The notes under the pieces: generated by a model | Databases searched by the model: none | What the model saw: the letters and a program-made list of their open reading frames with translations, nothing else | Told to the model about the DNA's origin: nothing | Origin: Phoronis australis | Lineage: Eukaryota > Animalia > Phoronida | NCBI GenBank assembly: GCA_002633005.1 | Contig: NMRA01000053.1 | Location: forward strand, 702,608 to 766,607 | Direction: 5' to 3' | DNA: 64,000 nucleotides | In this document: positions 57,724-64,000 of the stretch, piece after piece | Layout: each line of letters starts with the position of its first letter | How positions within the stretch are numbered: position 1 is the first letter of the stretch | Made by a program: the position numbers and the translations under genes

Positions 57724-60700
57724 GTCCGTTGGTTCAGGACTGGGATGGAAGCCCAAAGGTGGCAGCCTGCGTTCGGCTCTCTCTGTCGACCTAGAGAGCC
57801 CAGAGGTGGAGCGTATTCGGAAGGACTTTGAGATGTACCGGCTGCAGAAGGAGAATGAGATGGCAAACATACAGAAGAAGGAACAGAAGCTGGAGATGGA
57901 GAACAAGAGACTGAGGGCGGAGCTTCAGGCTCTGCAGGTGAGTCAGTCAAGAGACTGTGGGCGGAGCTTCAGGCTCTGCAGGTTAGTCAGTCAAGAGACT
58001 GTGGGCAGAGCTTCAGGCTCTGCATGTGAGTCAGTCAAGAGACTGTGGGCAGAGCTTCAGGCTCTGCATGTGAGTCAGTCAAGAGGCTGAGGGCAGAGCA
58101 TCATTCGCTGTAGGTTCGTCAATCAATTAGTTGAGGGTGGTACTTCAGGCTCTGTGGCTGAGGCAATCAATAAACTGAGGGCAGAGCATCAGGCTTCATT
58201 TAGTGAGTCAACGAAAGAGCTGAGGGCAGAAGTTCAGTCTCTGTGGGTGAGTCAATCAAAAGGCTGTAGGCAGAGCTTCAGTCTTTCTGGGTGAGTCAAT
58301 CAAGAGGCTGAGGGTGGAGCTAGAGACTCAGTTGGTACGTCAATCTAGAAAAGAAATGTGCCCGACTTGAGATTAAATGTCTTCTTACTTTCAGTTGTGC
58401 TAAAATGAGCAGAACTGTTATGTACATAACATCGCATGTTTCCAGAAAACAAACAGCAGCCTGAGAACTCAGAGGGATAATGCTCATGAGGCTGAACGCC
58501 AGGCCCTAACCAGAGCAGCAGCCTTTGAAAGCGACAGGGATAAAGTGCAACGTCAGTTCAAGGTGGGTTGCTACACTGAGAACACAAACTCTTACAACAA
58601 TAGGGAAATGCTGTCCACACTTATGGTAGTTTTCAAAAAATGTAATACATATTTATCATGATTTTCACAGCTTCATCGAAGATTGGACAAAAAACAGTAA
58701 AAAAGCTCTTACTGTATTCGCCCTAATAAACGCGCAGAGCGCTTAGAAAAATTTGCTTCTGGGAGGGGGGTGCTTATTATAGCCCAAAGTGGTTCAAACC
58801 GGGTCTCCGAAACAGGTGAAATCGTAAGCTAGGATTCATCAAATTAACGTTCTGTGATGCATCTGTAACCTATAACAGACTTTCTATAAGTTTGCGGTGC
58901 ATTGCTATCAAACTTCATTGTTAAATTAAGATCATTTTTCAGAAAATCCTGCTGAAATTCCAGGGCGAAAACTCACCGACTGATGTATCGCTGCCTCGCG
59001 ATTGCCGATAGGTCAATTTGAATAGTTTCGACTCAACAAACAGCACTCATAAGATTTTTAAGTTCCTGTGGAGTTGGGATTAACTGCACATTAAGTCCAA
59101 ATCTGCATTAGATCGTACTCCGCAACACAAGAAAAATCTCTGGATGAACACACATGTTGTTGTCACGTGATGTTTGTTTCAAAGCTGGTCTGCATCTGTG
59201 AGTGAGCGCATGCGTTTCATTAGAGTTCATTTGCCAGAGTAAAAATGCAATGTAACGATCTAGGTGTGCATTATAACTAAAGAAAGTAACACAAGCAGAA
59301 CATGCTTTATTTAGTAGTTGTTGATCTCGTCTGCCAAAAAATGTTTGTCTCAGTAAGGCCAATATTAAATGTCATGAGTCGACAGGTGACTGCATGTGTG
59401 ACAGACTAACAGTCATTTTCCGGGAGATTCGGGGGGGGGGTGTAAGGGTGCGGAAATGTTCACCATCAGTGGGTCATTTTGACTTTTAAAACACCAATTA
59501 CGACTAATTTAATAATTCCTCCTAAAAATAGCGCAAAACGTTTTTTACGGTGTTAGAAACTTTTGGAAATAAGTGCCAATGTTTATTTCTTGCTGATGCT
59601 ATGCTACCCATTTCATGAATAAATAGTTCCAGAAGACTAAAGTCTTCGATGACAGGTACATGTATGTAGCACGTGCTTCCTGGCTACGTGCTTTTAACAC
59701 CAGCCAAGTTTTTATTAATCTTCAATTCGCGGTTTTCACGTGTTCAAAGTAATTTGGATTCCTGTCGAGGAGAAGATCTGTATGGGAAAGATACAACACA
59801 ATCCCTTTGACAAGTAAGCTGTGTCTGTTCTGAAAGGCTAGACCACAATAGGACACATTCCTCGCAAGATCAGCAAAACTTTTGCGTTCTTTTTTTAAGC
59901 ACGGCGGAAGTTTGAGGTGTATAGTCACGGCTTAATACTGACATAGCGACAAATTCCATGCACAATGATTTTGCCGGGACTGTCGGATTTTATTGATAAA
60001 TTGAAGAGGTTATTGTAGAATTTTAGAACTGTAGTTAAGGCATTTTTTGCATGTACACGTTTGTGGACTGGGCTTATTTTAGCAAAGTCTGAAAACTCGT
60101 GGGGGGTGCTTATAGGGGCATGGGCGCTTATTAGGGCGAATACGGTAATTGTTTAATAATGTACCGTTCTATAAGTAAACACAGTTTGCCAACTCACAAA
60201 CACAGTGCAGGACTCATAAAGCATGGCTTACACACCCACAAATGGTTCTCTTGACTCACCAACACAACTCGCTGGCTACCAAACACGGTAGGTAGACATA
60301 AAGTTCTAGCACCATGTTTTGCTATTGGTGGCTATGATTTTAAATTGGTGAACTGTAGTTTTGGATGCATGTGTTTTTTGGTATGTGAACTGTCTTTTGT
60401 GAGTCCATGTGCCGTGTTTGGCAATGCAATCTCCTGTGTTTTTTGGTCCAGTCACGAGTCGTCAGTTGGTGAGCTGAGTTTACAAGGCGTATGAGTCGCG
60501 TTCACAAATGAAAAACGGCAGCTATGCTGCTGGTTCTGCCTTGATAATGAAATTTCTAGCATATAACAATACATTGTTGTTACGACACGGATTCAAGTGT
60601 AAACTGTCCTCAAACCAAATTCCTGTTGCAGTTATTCCGAGAAACTAAAGAAAAGGAGATCCAATCGTTATTAAAAACCAAACGTCAGGTGGAGAATCGG

Positions 60701-63387
60701 CTAGCTCAGGTAGCACCTCACATGATCCAAGACGATATGGATAACGTTTCTCGAGAGTCGGACAGCGAACGTGCTGTGTCTTATGTCAACGGCAACCCAG
60801 GCGACTGGTGGACGGCCCTGGAAAGTGAGCCCTCTCTTGACAGCAGCATGCAACTACACCAACCTATGTTTAAGGGGCCGGAGTTTGCTCACACTATGTT
60901 ACAGCTGGACGATGGACCGTTCACCAATGTCAACAAAGGTGTGTAGTCTAAAACTAATCTTTTGATTATGCTGGAGATGCAGGATTATCTGAGATGTTCA
61001 AGGGGAATTCTTTCTCTGTTCGAAGTACACGCACACAAACAACTACCCCTCATGTTAGATTCTCACACAATTGTAAAGTATCGTGCCCATGACTGGGTAA
61101 CTTAAAATACTTTTTCTACATAAAAATGATGTCAAATGTTATATAGTTTGGTTTGAAAAATGGGAAAAACCCTGAAGGAAGGAAAAAAAGTCTAACACCA
61201 TGAAGCTAATTGATTTAAAATTCTTCGTCATAATGACTGAGCTCAAGTGGAATTTCCTGTCATGACGGCTGAGTGCAAAAGAAAATTCATCATCAGAGTT
61301 GCTGGAATGACGAGTCATCGTTGGTCGTTATTTGTCATGATGGAAAAACTGAACTTTAGTTTTGGCATTCACTATAGCAGGGAATCAGTGAACAATTAAC
61401 CTTTAATGTTTTACTCTGAAATTTTGCCAATTTTTCTTGAAGGGAACTTTTTTAAAAATTGTGCTTAAAACTAACAGTAGGTGGCATGAATTTTGCTCAA
61501 AGTTGAGTTCTTCTAAATCTTTATCAGCTTGTATTTCATTTCCTCTTATGCACCATCATTTCCAGATGACTGGACTGTAATAGCACACAGTCTCACTCAA
61601 GGTCTACAGAGTAGTACCGAAGAGTTGGGAGGCAGCGTTGTGAAACTGTATATATCACAGTCCAGGGACATGCAGGCAGAATATGACTGCTTTGTCAAGG
61701 TAAAATGTAGTTCAAGACTGATATTATTATGTGCCCAAATCTATCATCTCTGTTTGTGCGTCTGGTGGTCAATCTCCTAAACCCCATTGTAGGATCTTAA
61801 TGAGATTCAGTAGATGTGGTGCTATGAAGCTGATGGCAGACGACGATGAGTTTTGGACTGATCTGACCACCACTTTGTTCCCTAGTGGCTATTTTAATTT
61901 TATGTTTGCCTCTGTATCTTTAGAATTAGACAATGGATTTTCATGAAATTTGGTAAATAAGTGTTTTTTAAGAGATGATGGTGCCTTCCTGTTTTCGGAT
62001 GAGTCTGACTTTTTTGCACCTCCTAGTGTCCATTTTTATTATTTTTGAGTTTTTGGCATTCGTGTTTTTGTCAGCCAGGCTGCTCAAAAGATCATGAAAA
62101 TTGGCAGATGTGTTCTTTCCGAGAAGACTACAACTTACCGTGATTTTCACAGAAGCCCAACTACTGTGCCACCCCTAGTGGCAATTTCATTTTTTGCGTC
62201 TGTGGCTGTATCTTCTTAACATCTTGCAAGATCTTTGGGAAATTTGACTAGTGAATTTCTATGAAAGGTGCAACAGATGACAACCTTTTCAGCCAAATAT
62301 AACTACCACTGTGCCCCCTAGTGGCCATTCGGAATTTACCTTTGCCTCTTTGGAGTTTCTGTATTTTTATACGCACACATGTTAATTATGTGGATGCATA
62401 TTGCCGTCATCTCTGTTTATGCATCTGGCATCCGTGGCTGTAATGAGATTTGACAGATGTGTTTGTATGAAACTGAGGACAAACGACCACAAATTTTGGA
62501 TCAGTTTGGCTACTGCTCTGCTCCTCAGTCGAATTGAATCTGTCATATGATGTTTTGCGCTACTGTAAGTTCCTTTTTTCATGCCAAACCAAAATTGAAT
62601 CGCAGAAAAATATCTCATAACAGTATAAAAAATGTCCATTAAGTGATTGAAATAATTTTTAGGTTCAGTGGTATGTGCCGAATTGAACATTTATTTTGTT
62701 AGTTTGACGGAAAACTTTTTAAAACAAAAGCCAACATCTGTAGGAAGCAACACCCTAATACTGCCAGCAAGATAATCAAGGAAATTGTTTCGTAATGCAG
62801 GATTACTTACCTTTAATAAAGAAAATGGTGGAACATGAAGGTCGCTACCTGGTCACGGTGCTGTTTGATAATGATCAAGAGTTGTCAGAAAAGGTATGTC
62901 ATCATTTTATTTTAAGTATGCGTACTGGAATAGAAACCTGTTTGTTATGGTTATGTGGCCAGGCTGAAAATGAGTTCGAGTGTAAAAATTATAAAATTTG
63001 TGATCAAAATGACATTAGTAAAATTTCAGTTTATTAAAACTTTACTATGTGGCTAAAAATCTTTAATGAACACTTTCAGTACTGAGCAAGACTTCATCAA
63101 TTCGAAACAAAAAATTCTGTGTTATTTTTTAACCTGCTCAATTGTCCTTCATTTTGTTTATCATTCAGTGGTTCAAAAGCCGTGAATGCAAAGTAATTTT
63201 TTCAAACATCTTCAAAGCATGTTACTTTACACTGTGATGTCGTTGATACAAATTATTTGAGTAATGTCAAACTTAATGTTAATTGATTTGTATTTCTTCA
63301 GGAGGTTGCCCGGCAACTTAAGTGCCGCTGTAAGCAAATAGAATCCTGCACTCTATTGGTCGGTCTTCTTGGAGAACAACTCAGCAG
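57724..63387 (+). CDS. NPHP3: Nephrocystin-3, 5' portion. First coding exon not resolved (probably at gap 56749-56872); gene continues past the window
   Basis: Exons 57724-57937, 58446-58562, 60632-60938, 61566-61699, 62801-62893, 63302-63387. Motifs [85 protein letters not shown] match the NPHP3 N-terminal coiled-coil region as recalled from vertebrate NPHP3. Confidence 0.92.
57905..58345 (+). repeat. 44-bp tandem repeat (about 10 copies, decaying 3') spanning an NPHP3 exon/intron junction
   Basis: Unit AAGAGACTGAGGGCGGAGCTTCAGGCTCTGCAG|GTGAGTCAGTC equals the last 33 nt of the exon plus 11 nt of intron. Confidence 0.92.
58712..60145. mobile_element. Non-autonomous Tc1/mariner-pogo-type element (about 1.43 kb) with TA TSD in an NPHP3 intron
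   Basis: ta|CTGTATTCGCCCTAATAAACGC ... GCGCTTATTAGGGCGAATACGG|ta, with ggggggtgctta subterminal motifs at both ends. Confidence 0.85.
61790..62540. repeat. Degenerate tandem array, period about 145 bp, with recurring gaaatttg and ccctagtgg motifs
   Basis: cctagtg motif near 61881, 62021, 62174 and 62317, each preceded by ga(a/g)attt(g/c)-like blocks. Confidence 0.55.
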
Positions 63388-64000
63388 GTAAGAGGACGTA
63401 AACATCAATCTCTCCAACAGATTGCTACTTTTACCAAAGTGAGGTGTTCGTTAACTCATCAAGCTAGAGATTATTTCTCTCTTTTCTGAGCTAACTGTCA
63501 CTGTCAGTAGGGGACCACTAGTTTGTTTGTGATAGAGGTTGTGTGATAATTAGAGTATTGTCTTGGTTTTGACCGTTTTTCACTTCTACGAATCGATTGC
63601 CACTATCAGCCAATAGTTGACAGAACTGTACTAAATCTAGTGCTTATTACGTAATCAACCTTTTCTTGCGCATGTTTCTCTATTTGTCACATCTCTGAAC
63701 TATTGACAACTGTTCTAGATAACCTTTCTTTACAAGAATTATCATTCTTATGGATTTAAATATTCATTTAAATTCAAAGAACTTGTTATATTATCGTAAT
63801 GATACTAGACAATTGAGCTGCCTTTTCACGTATCATTTCTGAATTATTCTTGTTTTTCATCAAAAATTACAATTGTTATTCTTAGACATAAAGCACCACA
63901 GAACTAAGATGGCCAAATTTCGTGCTAAGCAAGATCAATGGCACTATATTGAAATTCACTATGATCCTGCCAGATAGTGATGAGATCTTTTGGTAGACAG

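Overview
AT-rich, intron-containing animal genomic DNA from a draft, heterozygous assembly (N gaps, and single-N joins that place near-identical copies side by side). It is probably a marine invertebrate, possibly a deuterostome, but the taxon cannot be proven from the window. Left to right: (1) an unnamed minus-strand multi-exon gene with a repeating exon-pair architecture, running off the left edge, with a possible decayed death-domain segment upstream; (2) a four-gene actin cluster with identical intron positions: two conventional actins on the minus strand (the second has exon 1 lost in a gap), one on the plus strand, and an intact but strongly divergent actin; (3) a complete 9-exon adenosine deaminase (ADA) gene on the minus strand; (4) the 5' part of nephrocystin-3 (NPHP3) on the plus strand, head-to-head with ADA. 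Introns and intergenic DNA carry MITEs and minisatellites. The best candidate for new biology is the divergent actin: its substitutions hit the ATP-hydrolysis/phosphate-release residues and the latrunculin pocket, and it gains a PDZ-ligand-like C-terminus. Also notable are a minisatellite that multiplies an NPHP3 splice donor and a CATG-ended MITE group with 5-bp target duplications. All exon coordinates were read by hand; no database searches were run.
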